A stretch of 64,000 nucleotides of DNA, from contig NC_085842.1 in assembly GCF_035594765.1 (NCBI RefSeq), positions 20,002,782-20,066,781 of the forward strand. The letters are read 5' to 3'. Both the position numbers and the translations under genes were made by a program. Shown here piece after piece: positions 52,365 through 64,000 of this stretch; position 1 is the stretch's first letter, and each line of letters begins with the position of its first letter. This DNA is from Anolis carolinensis (lineage: Eukaryota). The notes under the pieces are model-generated. The model did no database searches and was not told the DNA's origin. It was given only the letters and a program-made list of their open reading frames with translations.

Positions 52365-53090
52365 CTGGTTTGCCTGCCTCCTGGCCTCTCGCTGTCTCTG
52401 GAGGAAGTCCTCCGCCAAGGCCACCGCCTGGGAGCAAGTCTCTGGACCACATTCCTTGACCCAGGCCTCTATCTCTGGAGGCAGGACGGCTAAGAACTGC
52501 TCCAAGACCAGCAGCTCCAAGATCTGCTCCTTCGAATGCCTTTCAGCTTTCAGCCACCGGCAACACAGTTCCTGGAGCTGCCCGTAAGCCCCTCTCGGCC
52601 CCTCGGCCTCCCGGTAGCGGAAACACCGGAAGCACTGCCGCTGCTTCTCCCTCCGCATGGCATCCCCGTGCAAGATGGCGGCCTTCACTTTCCCATAATC
52701 CTCCCTGCCTTCGGCCTCTAGGCCAGGGAAGGCCCGCTTGGCCTCTCCGCTCAATGCTGGCAGGAGCCGAGGCACCCACTCTTCCTTGGGCCACCGGCAG
52801 GCTTGGGCCACTTGCTCAAAGGAGGCCAGGAAGGCTTTGGCGTCGTCCCACGGCTCCTCCCTCGACTGAGAGATGCCCCAGTTTGGGTGAGGGCCTTCCA
52901 CGCTCTTCAGAAACTCCTGCCATTGGGTTTCCCACTGTTTAAGAGAGCCTTCGTCAGTTTCCTGTTTCACCTCCGCTGGTCTCCTTTGCAGGAATGCCTC
53001 CATTGTCGCAACATGGCAGCTCCCTCTCACTTCCCTTGGCACCTGCCCTGGTATGTGACTTATAAGGTGTTCCCGGGTCTCCATTTTCAT
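52365..53090 (-). CDS. Gene E coding exon 1: extended SCAN
   Basis: Paralog; CAG|gtgagg donor; 726 nt. Confidence 0.92.
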
Positions 53091-53679
53091 CTTTGGATAG
53101 TAGCCCGAAACTGTGGGGAATGCTAGACTCTACTGGAGCATTATAAACATCAGCATGAAGCTTTCTGCCTGGAAAACCGAAAGAAAAAAAAGAGGAATAT
53201 TGCACGACATTTACATTCAAAGAGGAAGAGTTATGAAAGCAAAGATGCAGGGCTGGAATGGAACTGGTCATTAAGTAGGTAACCATGAAAAGATCAAAAC
53301 AGGATAGTCATGGGGGGTATTTTCCTTAATTTACTGCAAAAACAGAAAACCATGGATGACAGAGAACTTTATTGAAATGAATGACTCTGCCAACAAACAG
53401 TTGCCCTGGAGAATCGAGGCCAGGAGTGTCTATCCCATTTTTATTAAGGGCTACATCAGCTTTACGGCTGCCTTTAAACGGCCATTGAGACCATGGATAG
53501 AGAATCTGTGGATACAGAGGGAAGCTATAATTCTTCTACATAGTGTTTGATACTCTTTAGTTTTAACCTGCTGCGCCACAGGCTAATAATAATAATAAAA
53601 TTTTATTTTATACCCTGCCCCATCTCCCTGAGGGGACTCAAGAGTGGCTTACAACACTTGCAGCAGCTAATATAAGAAG

Positions 53680-53973
53680 CTTAGAATCTAATATAAGAGA
53701 TTTAGAAGTCAGAAAAGTGGAACAAAAAATAGGTGTATGTGCCGATGACTTAATGCTACTGATGGAAAACCAAGCAGATTATTAGTTGCATTAAACCAGT
53801 TGTTAAGGGATTATGGCACAATATGAGGACCTAAGGTCAACAAAGAAAAAAAAATAAAATAAAATTTGCAACAGACAAAAACTGATGGAAGATTCAGGAT
53901 TTCAAATAGACAGAAAAGTGAAATACTTGGGAATTTGGCTGACAGACGTGTCAACAATATTTAAAAACAATTA
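53680..53973 (+). mobile_element. Degenerate L1-type RT fragment
   Basis: xADDLML and VKYLGIWLT motifs. Confidence 0.6.
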
Positions 53974-54423
53974 CAGTAGAATCTCACTTATCTAACATAA
54001 ACGGGCTGACAGAATGTTGGATAAATGAAAATGTTGGATAATAAGGAGAGTTTAAGGAGAAGCCTATTAAATGTCAAATTATGTTATGATTTTACAAATT
54101 AAGCACCAAAACAAATCGACAGAAAAAAAACAGTTCAGTACATGGTAATATTATGTAGTAATTACTGTATTTACAAATTTAGCACCAAAACATCGCAATG
54201 TATTGGAAAAATTGACTACAAAAACATTGGCTACTAACAAATTGACTACAAATAAAGATAGAATTACAGAAAATGAACTTACAGTAACAACATTGTTGGA
54301 ACTTAAATGCATCAAAAGTTCAGTCCTTACTGCCTAGAGAAACAGCTGTGGATCCGGGCGGGAGGCAAACTGCATTGGATAATCCAGAGCGTTGGATAAG
54401 TGAAAGTTGGATAAGTAAGACTC

Positions 54424-54852
54424 GCCCCCAGTGGCACAGTATTTATTTATTTATTTGACTTGTATACCGCTACTCCCAGTTTGGCTCGGAGCGGTTTACA
54501 GAAACAGATTAAAACAAAGTGCTGTTAAAGTGCTGAGCTGCTGAACAGAGTGCTGTTAAAGTGTTGAGCTGCTGAACTTGTGGACCAAAAGGTTGCCGGT
54601 TTGAATCCAGGGAGCGGAATGAGCGCCCACTGTTAGCCCCAGCTTCTGCCAACCTAGTATTTTGGAAACATGCAAATGTGGGTAGATAAATAGGTACCGC
54701 TCCTAGGTAATGGCGCTCCATGCAGTAATGCCAGCCACATGACCTTGGAGGTGTCTACAGACAACGCCGGCTCTTCGGCTTAGAAATGGAGATGAGCACC
54801 AACCCCCAGAGGCAGATATGACTGGGCTTAACGTCAGGGGAAACCTTTACTT
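54424..54852 (+). mobile_element. Sauria SINE with a short L2-type tail inserted near its 5' end
   Basis: tRNA-like head, GTTAGCCCCAGCTTCTGCC body, ...GTCAGGGGAAACCTTTAC tail. Confidence 0.8.
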
Positions 54853-55441
54853 TATGTCCAATTATGTTACTGAACCACAACTGCCACGACTTTTGGCCAC
54901 GTGCCGTGCGACCGGGGGATAATGGGAATCGCAAGGCAACTGCATTGGTGGCTCTGAGGTTGGAGAATGTTTAAAGGGAATTTTAAAGCCAGGCCTCACA
55001 CCCACAAGGCTTGTATCTCAATAGAGACCCCACTCTTCCAATTAAAGAGAACAAGCTACAGCCTTCCAGATGTTACTGTATCACAACTCCCATCAGCTCC
55101 AGTCCTGATGTCTAATGATGAGGAATACAGGAGTTTCAGAGCGGAAATACAGGAGTTGTAGATGAGAAGGAACACATTAAATGACATGGAAGGCCACAGT
55201 CAGCATGTGGGCCTTGGGTTTGATATATATGACCTAGTGTAGGTCTGGGCAAACCTTGGCCCTGCAGGTGTTTTGGACTTCAACTCCCACCATTCCTGAC
55301 AGCCTCAGGCCCCTTCCTTTTCCCCCTCAGCCGCTTAAGCTGTCAGGAATGGTGGGAGTTGAAGTCCAAAACACCTGCAGGGCCAAGGTTTGCCTTTTGA
55401 GGTGCAACATTTCCCATCAGATCCTCTCCTCTTCCACTCAC

Positions 55442-55912
55442 CTTCCTCCCTCCAGTTTCTTCCCTCTAAATCCAAGAACTCCGCCTCAGACGTTTCTCCT
55501 TTTCCTCCACAAACCTCCGAGAAAGAAATGTAAAATACACGAGTTTCCCAAGAACCCGCTTTTGGAGGAGGAAGAGGAGGACACAGGCCACAACCTTGCA
55601 AAATAAAACACCGCAGGAAGTCCTCTCTAGCCAAATCTCTGGAAGTTGGAGTCCAAAATTCTGGAGGACCAAAGGCGGCTTGAAGGCAAACCTCCGAGAT
55701 CTGGAACTACAGGTGGCTAGAGAGGACTTCCTGGAGTGTTTTGGGCGGATGTGGCCGGTGTCCTGCTCTTCCTGGTCCGGCTTCTCCTCCAAAAGCGGCT
55801 TCTTGGGAAACTCGTGCCTTTTGCTTTTCTTTCTCGGAGGTTTTTGGAGGAAAAGGAGAAACGCCTGAGGCGGCGTTCTTGGGTTTAGAGGGAAGAAACT
55901 GGAGGGAGGAAG
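55442..55912. promoter_or_regulatory. Putative bidirectional promoter: divergent first exons of genes E (-) and F (+)
   Basis: Two inverted copies of the exon-1 block about 80 nt apart; outward-facing donors GAAG|gtgagt (55441, -) and GAAG|gtaagt (55913, +). Confidence 0.7.
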
Positions 55913-55941
55913 GTAAGTCCAGGCGGCTGTGATGGGAAATG

Positions 55942-56472
55942 GGGTTGTTGTATGTTTTCCGAGCTCTCTGGCCATGTTCCAGAAGTATTCTCTCCTGACG
56001 TTTCGCCCACATCTATGGCAGGCATCCTCAGAGGTTGTGAGGTATGGAGAAAACTAAGCAAGGAAGGGTTATATATATATCTGTGGAAAGTCCAGGATGA
56101 GAGAAGAATTCTTGTCTGTTGGAGGCCAGTGTGAATGTTGTAGTTAATCACCTTAATTAGCATTGAATAGCTTCATATCCTGGTTTCTTCCTGCCTGGGG
56201 CATCCTTTGTTCAGAGTCGTTAGCTGCCCCTGGTTGATTCATGTCTGGAACTCCTCTGTTTTCAGAGTGTTGCTTCTCATTTACTGCTCTGATTTTGGAG
56301 TTTTTTTTAATGCTGATAGCCAAATTTTGTTCATTTTCATGGTTTCCTCCTTTCTGTTGAAATTGCCCACATGCTTGTGGATTTCAATGGCTTCTCTGTG
56401 TAGTCTGACATGATAGTTGTTGGAGTGGTCGAGCATTTCTGTGTTCTCAAATAATATACTGTTTCCAGGCCC
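55942..56472 (-). mobile_element. 5'-truncated Penelope-like element in gene F intron 1
   Basis: GIY-YIG endonuclease C-terminus ILFENTEMLDHSNNYHVRLHREAIEIHKHVGNFNRKEE followed by a pseudo-LTR. Confidence 0.85.
55994..56034 (-). ncRNA. Minimal type-I hammerhead ribozyme (Penelope-associated)
   Basis: Intact core identical to 2587-2627. Confidence 0.8.
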
Positions 56473-56954
56473 CATGCTGGGGGATGCTGGGAATGGCAGT
56501 TTTACAAGGTCTTTTCCTTAAAAAAAAATAATTTTATTAAATTTTTATACTACATCAAAAGGGTGAGAACAACCAAGGTATAGAAAAGTAAGAAAAAGAG
56601 AGAAAGATAAAACTCTACAATCTACAAAATATACCCACACACCAAAAATAAAAAAATATATAAAAATGACTTCCATTCCATCTGCTTGGATAATATTTTC
56701 TTATTATTCAATAATATTTTTTCTTACTAAAGAGCTATCCTGATCCTATAGCATTGAGCCTGGCAGTTAAAAGGGGAACCAAATTGCATTCATTTGCCAG
56801 TGGAGATGCACCCTCAGTTTGTTTACATTTTAAAGTGTATTTTCTGTATGTTTTAGTTGAGTTGTCCTGCATTTTAAAGTTGTGGGAGGAAAATAGGGAT
56901 AATAAATAAGTAAAGGTAAATGTTTTTCCCTGACATTAAGTCTAGTCATTTCCA

Positions 56955-59692
56955 ACACCTGTTGGAGATACCCAAAGAGGACAAAATCATCCTCCTGGGT
57001 GATTTTAATGCGAGAGTTGGACTTGGACCTGTGGCCAGGGATTATAGGAAAAGATGGGGTTGGAAACAGCAACCCAAATGGCATCCCACTTCTCACCAAA
57101 TGTGCACCAACCTTGTCATCACAGACACACTCTTTCACCAGGCAAACAAGCTTAAGACATTATGGAAGCACCCGGTCAAAGCATTGGCACCTCTGAGACT
57201 ATGTAACTATACGTGCCAGAGACCGCCGTTATGTGCTCCACACAAGAGCATAACAGTCACTTCTGGTGTGAGAGAATTGGCTGTCTGCAAGGACGTTGCC
57301 CAAGGGACACGCGGATGTTTTGATATTTTTACCATCCTGTGGGAGGCTTCTCTCATGTTCCCGCATGGAGCTGGAGGTGATAGAGGGAGCTCATCCACGC
57401 TCTTCCCGGGTTGGATTTGAACCGGCAACCTTCAGGTCAGCAACCCAATCTTCCAAGTCACAAGGCTTTAACCCACTATGCCACTGGGGGCTCTTTAACA
57501 GATGCTGCTGACTGCTGGACAGACCATTGGTTAACTCGATGCACGATGGCCATCAAGATCGCCCCCAAACACAGACTCCAAAGAAGAAAGATAAGCCGTA
57601 AAATGAACATCCAAGCCCTTTAAGAGCCCTCTAAATGAGCCCTTCTTCAAACAACATTCAAGGATCATCTACCCTTAGAACACCCTGAAAATGTTGAGGA
57701 ATGTTGAAACAAACTGAAGACCGCCATCGAACTGATGGAGGCTCCTTCTTTGGAGGCTTTTAAGCAGAGGCTGGATGGCCATCTGTCGGGGGTACTTTAA
57801 ATGCAATTTCCTGCTTCCTGGCAGGGAGTTGGACTGGCTGGCCCATGAGGTCTCTTCCAACTCTATTATTCTATGATTCTACAGCCTGCGAATAAACCCT
57901 TGGGTACCAAACTAAGAAACATCAAGAGTGGTTTTATGAAAATGATAACTAGATCCAGTAGTTAATCGATAAGAAAAGGAAAACCTTCAAAATATGGCAG
58001 AGAAACACCAACTCCGCTCCAAAGAAAAAGATCTATGCCAGTGTGAAAGGTGAGGTCCAAAGAAGGACCAGAGAACTCAACAAAATCTGGTGGACAAAAA
58101 GGCCCAAGAAATCCAACACTTTGCAGATATCCATGATGCATGGGGATTCTTTAAAGCCACAAAAGTCATCTATGGCCCAAGAAATCATGGCATACATGAT
58201 CTGTGTTAATCAGATGGAAGCAAACTTCTGAAGGATAAAAAAATAAATTCCACTACACTAAGAGCACAACCACAACCTCCCTAACCTCCCTAGCACTGGC
58301 TAGTCTGAAGGAAGTCAGCAAAGCCATCAGCCAACTAAAAAATAACAAAGCCAGAGGACCTGAGGGGATCCCTGTTGACAGGGAAAGGCAGACCTTTCCC
58401 ATCTTTTCTCCCATACCTTTCTTTTATTATTTTACTGTAAATCTTAATGATTTTTTTTTTAAAAAAGAGGGTGGACCTGAGCTGAGACCACAACTCCATC
58501 AGCTTATTGAGAAAGTGTGGGCAACTGAGAAAATCCCAGCGGAGTTCACATCATCAACCTTTTCAAAAAAGGGGATAGAACAGATTGCGGAAACTATAGG
58601 GTAATCTCCCTTCTAACCTCCGCTGGGAAATGTCTTGCAAAAATCCTTGCAAACCACTTTCTACCTATTTCAGAAGACATCCTCCTAGAGTCAGAATTGC
58701 CCCAACCTTATTCTCCGTCTTATAATAATAACAATAATAACCTTATTCTTATATCCTGCCACCATCTCCCCGAAGGGACTCAGGGCAGCTCACATGGGGA
58801 CGGGCCCAACAAAACATAGGTTAAAAACACAGTCTTCATTGCTATGATACTACGCCTTGTTGATGGGAAGCTCCCCATCGGCGTGGAAATTGTCTATTAG
58901 ACAGATGGCAAGCTATTTAACTTCAGCAGACTGAAAGCCAAAACCAAGGTCAAAACAACATCAGTTATAGACCCCAGTATGATAATGTAGTCTGTGCTCA
59001 TTCAGAAGAAGACCTACAAGTCACTCTAAACACCTTTGCAGAAGCATACAAAAAGTTTGGCCTCTCACTGAGCATCGAGAAACTCTTCCAGCAGGCACCA
59101 GCCAATCCCTCTGCAATGCCTGAAATACAGCTTAATGGTGTAACATTAGAAAATACTGACCATTTCCACTCCCTTGGCATCAACTTCTCCATAAAAGTTA
59201 ACATCAACACTGAAATACTACACCGTCTGAGCACTGCGAGTGCAGCATTTTCTCAAATGAAGCAGAGTGTTTGTAGATCGGGACATTCGTAGGGATTCTA
59301 AGATGCATGTTTATAAAGCTATTATCTCGCAACCCTATTATACACCTGCAAAACGTGGACCCTCTACAGACGTCACACTCAACTTCTGCATTCTATCAGC
59401 ATTGCCTCCGAAAAATTCTGCAAATCTCTTGAGAAGACAGGAGGACAAATGTCAGCATGCTGGAAGAAGCAAAGACCACCAGCATCAAAGTGATGATCCT
59501 TCACCATCCAATTTACTGGGAAAGCCATATTGTCCGAATACCTGATCACTGTCTGCCAAAGCAGTTACTATACTCAACTCAAGAATGGAAAACGGAGTGT
59601 TGATTGATAGGAAAAAGAGATTTAAAGAAGGGCTTATAGACAACCTTAAAAACTGTGGCATAGACAATGAGAAATGGGAAGCCCTGGCCCTC
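56955..59692 (+). mobile_element. Degenerate RTE-clade LINE (endonuclease to RT) with nested SINE (about 57255-57493, -), CR1 tail (about 57735-57882) and L2 tail
   Basis: KIILLGDFNARVG, NLVITDTLF, KGDRTDCGNYRVISLL motifs; many frameshifts. Confidence 0.85.
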
Positions 59693-60217
59693 CAGATGCT
59701 GGACTACACCTTCTGTATTTCTCATCATTAGACATCAGGACTAGAGCTGATGGGAGTTGAGATAAAGTAACAGCTCGAAAACTACTGTTTGTTCTGTTTA
59801 GTCAGGATAGTGGCGTGGCATTTAAGAGAGAAGGCCTGTGGATAAGATGTCTGACTGTGAAATGCCCTGTAACTTTTTCCTAACTTCAGAGCCATAAGTA
59901 CTCTTGGGTTGCGATTCCTATTAAGTGGTGGGAGTTGTTATTCAATAACACCTGAGGACCCAAACTAGATAAAAACTAAAGAGTACCAAACACTATGTAG
60001 AAGAATTATAGCTTTCCCTCTGTATTCACAGATTCTCTATCCATGGTCTCAATGGCCGTTTAAAGGCAGCCATAAGGCTGATGTAGCCCTTAATAAAAAC
60101 GGGATTGACACTCCTGGCCTCAATTCTCCAGGGCAACTGTTTGTCGGCAGAGTCATTCATTTCAATAGGGTTCGCTGTTTTCCACAGTTTTGTTTTTGCA
60201 GTACATTACGGAAAATA

Positions 60218-60540
60218 CAGTAGAGTCTCACTTATCCAAGCTAAATGGGCCAGCAGAAGCTTGGATAAGCGAATATCTTGGATAATAAGGAAGGATTAAG
60301 GAAAAGCCTATTAAACATCAAATTAGGTTATGATTTTACAAATTAAGCACCAAAACTTCATGTTATACAATAAATTTGACAGAAAAAGTAGTTCAATACG
60401 CAGTAATGTTATGTTGTAATTACTGTATTTACGAATTTAGCACCAAAATATCATGATATATTGAAAATATTGACTCCAAAAATGGCTTGGATTATCCAGA
60501 GGCTTGGATAAGCGAGGCTTGGATAAGTGAGACTCTACTG
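60218..60540. mobile_element. Tc1/Tigger-like MITE in gene F intron 1
   Basis: TA TSD; empty paralogous site gaaaaTAcccc in gene E near 53315. Confidence 0.9.
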
Positions 60541-60783
60541 TACCCCCGATGGATACAGAGATCTGACTGTCCTGTTTGATCTTTTCATGCTTACCTACTT
60601 AATGACCAGTTCCACTCCAGCCCTGCATCTTTGCTTTCATAACTCTTCCTCTTTAAAATGTGAATGTTGTGCAATATTCCTCTTTTTTTTCTTTCAGTTT
60701 TCTAGGCAGAAAGCTTCATGCTGATGTTTATAATGCTCCAGTAAAGTCTAGCATTTCCCACAGTTTCAGGCTACTTTCCAAGG

Positions 60784-61515
60784 ATGAAAATGGAGACCCG
60801 GGAACACCTTACAAGTCACATACCAGGGCAGGTGCCAGGGGAAGTGAGAGGGAGCTGCCATGCTGGGACAACAGAGGCATTCCTGCAAAGGAGACAAATG
60901 GAGGTGAAACAGGAACCTGACGAAGGTTCACTTCAGCAGTGGGAAACCCAATGGCAGGAGTTCTTGAAGAGCTTGGAAGGCCCTCACCCAAACCAGGACA
61001 CCTCCCAGTCGAAGGAGGAGCCATGGGACGACACCAAAGCCTTCCTGGCCTCCTTTGAGCAAGTGGCCCAAGCCTGCCGGTGGCCCAAGGAAAAGTGGGT
61101 GCCCCGGCTACTGCCAGCTTTGAGCGGAGAAGCCAAGAGGGCCTTCATTGGCCTGGGGGCCGAAGGCAGGGAAGATTATGGGAAATTGAAGGCTGCCATC
61201 TTGCACGGGGATGCCATGCGGCGGGAGGAGCAGCGGCAGTGTTTCCGGCGTTTCCGCTACCGAGAGGCCAAGGGCCCGAGAGAGGCTTACGGGCAGCTTC
61301 AGGAACTGTGTTGCCGGTGGCTGAAAGCTGAAAGGCATTCGAAGGAGCAGATCCTGGAGCTGCTGATCATGGAGCAGTTCCTGGCCATCCTGCCTCCAGA
61401 GATAACAGCCTGGATCAAGGAATGTAGTCCAGAGACTTGCTCCCAGGCAGTGGCCTTGGCAGAGGACTTCCTCCAGAAGCAGTGTGAGCAAGAGTCCAGG
61501 AGGCAGGCAAACCAG
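60784..61515 (+). CDS. Gene F coding exon 1: extended SCAN (inverted paralog)
   Basis: MKMETREH...; CAG|gtgggt donor; 732 nt; polypyrimidine acceptor near 60680-60705. Confidence 0.9.
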
Positions 61516-61548
61516 GTGGGTTTCTAGGCTTCCCAAATGGCTGATTCG

Positions 61549-61683
61549 NNNNNNNNNNNNNNNNNNNNNNNNNNNNNNNNNNNNNNNNNNNNNNNNNNNN
61601 NNNNNNNNNNNNNNNNNNNNNNNNNNNNNNNNNNNNNNNNNNNNNNNNNNNNNNNNNNNNNNNNNNNNNNNNNNNNNNNNNNN
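61549..61683. other. Assembly gap (135 N) in gene F intron
   Basis: Run of N. Confidence 1.
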
Positions 61684-62066
61684 TTGTTATTATTATTAAA
61701 CTTTATTTGTACCCCGCTAGCATCTCCCGAAGGACTCGATGCGGCTTACAAAGGCCAAGGCCTCAACACACAATATAACAATACAAAACAAAAGGCAAAT
61801 TAAAAACAATTAAAACAGTATAAACAACAAGCAATAAACAATACGCTAAAACACAATAAAACTGGGCCGGGCCAGAGTAATGGGTACAAGATTAAAAGTG
61901 CTGATGTGACAGGTGATATATAAGGCTTCTAGGGCAAGTGCAGAGTGCGATATACGATCTAGTTCTAATAAAGTGCTTATGGGACTTGGAGTTGGAGATT
62001 TCCTATTAATCTGGGAAGGCACATTGGAACAGCCAGGTCTTCAAGTTCTTTCTGAAGACTGCCAAT
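61684..62066 (-). mobile_element. L2-clade LINE 3' end
   Basis: FRKNLKTWLFQCAF on the - strand, stem-loop tail and (AAT)n. Confidence 0.7.
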
Positions 62067-62971
62067 GTAACTATTATATAATAGTTATAACATATTGTAC
62101 ATACATATAATATTCATATTATATTGTAATACAATATAATACTAATAATACAATATAAAATTAATTATATATTATATTTTACATGTAATATTACTAATAA
62201 TACTACAATATATTGATACAGTACAATATAGTAATTTATTACCAGTATTGTACTGTGCTAATATAATATTGTATGTAAATTTAATTTGTAAGCCGCTCTG
62301 AGTCCTCTTTGGGGTGAGAAGGGCGGCATATAAATGTAGCTAATAAATAAATAAAACAGGGTGGCAGTATGTTTAAGTCTGGAATGAATAAAGTGTAACC
62401 TGTATGGGGCTATCTTTGAGTTTCTTAGGTCTCCCAGCATTCCCTCTGCACCATTAGTTAACCCTCAGTTTACTTTGTGGTTTTAAAAAGGCTTCTTTTG
62501 TGCCTGAAACAGCCATGGAAGGAGAAAAATATGTCAAAATTGCCTCACAAATGCCCATAAAGAGATGAGGGTTACTGAAGGATATGAGTTTTAAATGACA
62601 TTTTAGTTTATTTGCTGCCTTTTAATTCTGTTTTTACCACACTGTTATTGCATTGTTTTTAAACTTTTGTATTGTTCTTTCTAAACTGTTGTTTAGATGT
62701 TAGCCGCCTTGAATCTCATGGGGAGAAAGGTGGGATATAAATAACGATTTATTATTATTTATGAAAAGTTGACATATAGTATGGGCAAAGAATACCTTGC
62801 ATAGAGCAAATGCAGCTGTCATCAAATGCCCAGGCAGTAGTTTTCATGTGAGATTGTGACTTGCGAGATCTGGATTCAAGTCCCTTCTGGACCACGAAAT
62901 GCATTGTGTAAGTCAGAGGAAAGCCAAATATGTGAGATATGCATTTGACTAACAAGTGATAAATATTTTAG

Positions 62972-63098
62972 GTGCAGTTAGAGGAAGAGGAGATGTCGGG
63001 TTCCCCTGAAGCTGGTCAAGCCCTGCCTGAGATAGAGCAAAAGAAGCTTCGTCTGGCGACCAAACAGGAAAATGACGACAGGAATGCTGGACCCTTTG
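62972..63098 (+). CDS. Gene F coding exon 2: 127-nt degenerate KRAB-A-like exon; ZF exon expected beyond the window
   Basis: ttttag|GTG...TTT G|gtaaga; 127 nt; downstream intron homologous to other paralogs up to the window end. Confidence 0.85.
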
Positions 63099-63543
63099 GT
63101 AAGAAGAACGGGCTATTTGTTTCCTTGGATGTTGAGGATGTTCTTCCTAGACTAACCACAGCACTGTGGCTGCTTATCCCCCTGAGTAGGGCCTTCCCTT
63201 AGATCTTTGGATAGTGTAAGCCCAAGAGTCTGCTAGGCACTTGGGGCTCCCAACTTCTATAATGCTTTGCCAGAGAGGATTGACAGTTGTAGTATCTGGA
63301 AGGCCAAAGTTTCCCCTTTGCTGGGGTAAGTGAAGGAACCGCATGGACAGACTCCTGGCCTGGAAATCCTTATCATCTCTGGTCAATCCTCCCCTGCATT
63401 ATTGTATCGAGTTCTGCCCATGGTATATTTCCAAAGAATCGCACTGGAGGATCTAGCAAATGCCTAGAGAGAGAATTTTACCTTAAGTGTAAGTAAATGA
63501 AAGCGTATATATGGATTCTGCTGTTCTAGAGGCCTTAATAATA

Positions 63544-63868
63544 CAGTAGAGTCTCACTTATCCAACATTCGCTTATCCAACGTTCTGGATTATCCAGTGC
63601 AGTCTGCCTTTTAGTAGTCAATGTTTTTGTAGTCAATCTTTTCAATACATTGTGATATTTGGGTGCTAAATTTGTAAATACAGTAATTACTACATAACAT
63701 TGCTGTGTATTGAACTGCTTTTTCTGTCAAATTTGTTGTAAAACAAGATGTTTTGGTGCTTAATTTGTAAAATAATGTAATTTGATGTTTTACAGGCCTT
63801 TCCTTAATTCCTCCTTATTATCCAATGTTCTGCCGGCCCGATTAAGTTGGATAAGTGAGACTCTACTG
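63544..63868. mobile_element. Tc1/Tigger-like MITE in the gene F intron after the 127-nt exon
   Basis: TA TSD; empty site in gene A near 13270. Confidence 0.9.
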
Positions 63869-64000
63869 TACTTCTAATATTGTGGGTGATGGGGTTACCG
63901 GTGTGTCCTGTAAAAACCTAGAACCATAAAGTTGGAAGAGACCGCAAGAACCATCCAGTTCATCTCCATTCTGCCATGCAGAACATTGGATAATAAGGAT

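Overview
Vertebrate (squamate) genomic DNA. The repeat content (Sauria SINEs, Anolis SINE2/L2 tails, BovB, Penelope, Helitron and hAT MITEs) points to an Anolis lizard; this is an inference. The window holds a tandem cluster of six paralogous C2H2 zinc-finger genes: A-E on the minus strand and F on the plus strand, head-to-head with E and running off the window. Each gene has the same architecture. (1) A non-coding first exon beside a decayed palindromic MITE carrying a ZNF143/Staf-like motif. (2) A 726/732-nt coding exon encoding an extended SCAN domain, i.e. a Gypsy/Gmr1 Gag capsid N-terminal half plus SCAN. (3) An invariant 127-nt exon that looks like a heavily degenerated KRAB-A exon. (4) A terminal exon with 5-8 intact zinc fingers. 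All splice phases join in frame (A 558 aa, B 661, C 666, D 620, E 676). B, C and D have lost C-terminal fingers by stop or frameshift, and D appears chimeric. The rest is densely nested transposon debris: Penelope fragments with minimal hammerhead ribozymes, a fold-back mariner with a 63-bp minisatellite inside a BovB, a 26-bp minisatellite born in an LTR-like sequence, tandem Helitrons, and CR1/L1/L2/RTE/Rex1 fragments. There is one 135-nt assembly gap. Repeat family names are by eye, not from database searches.
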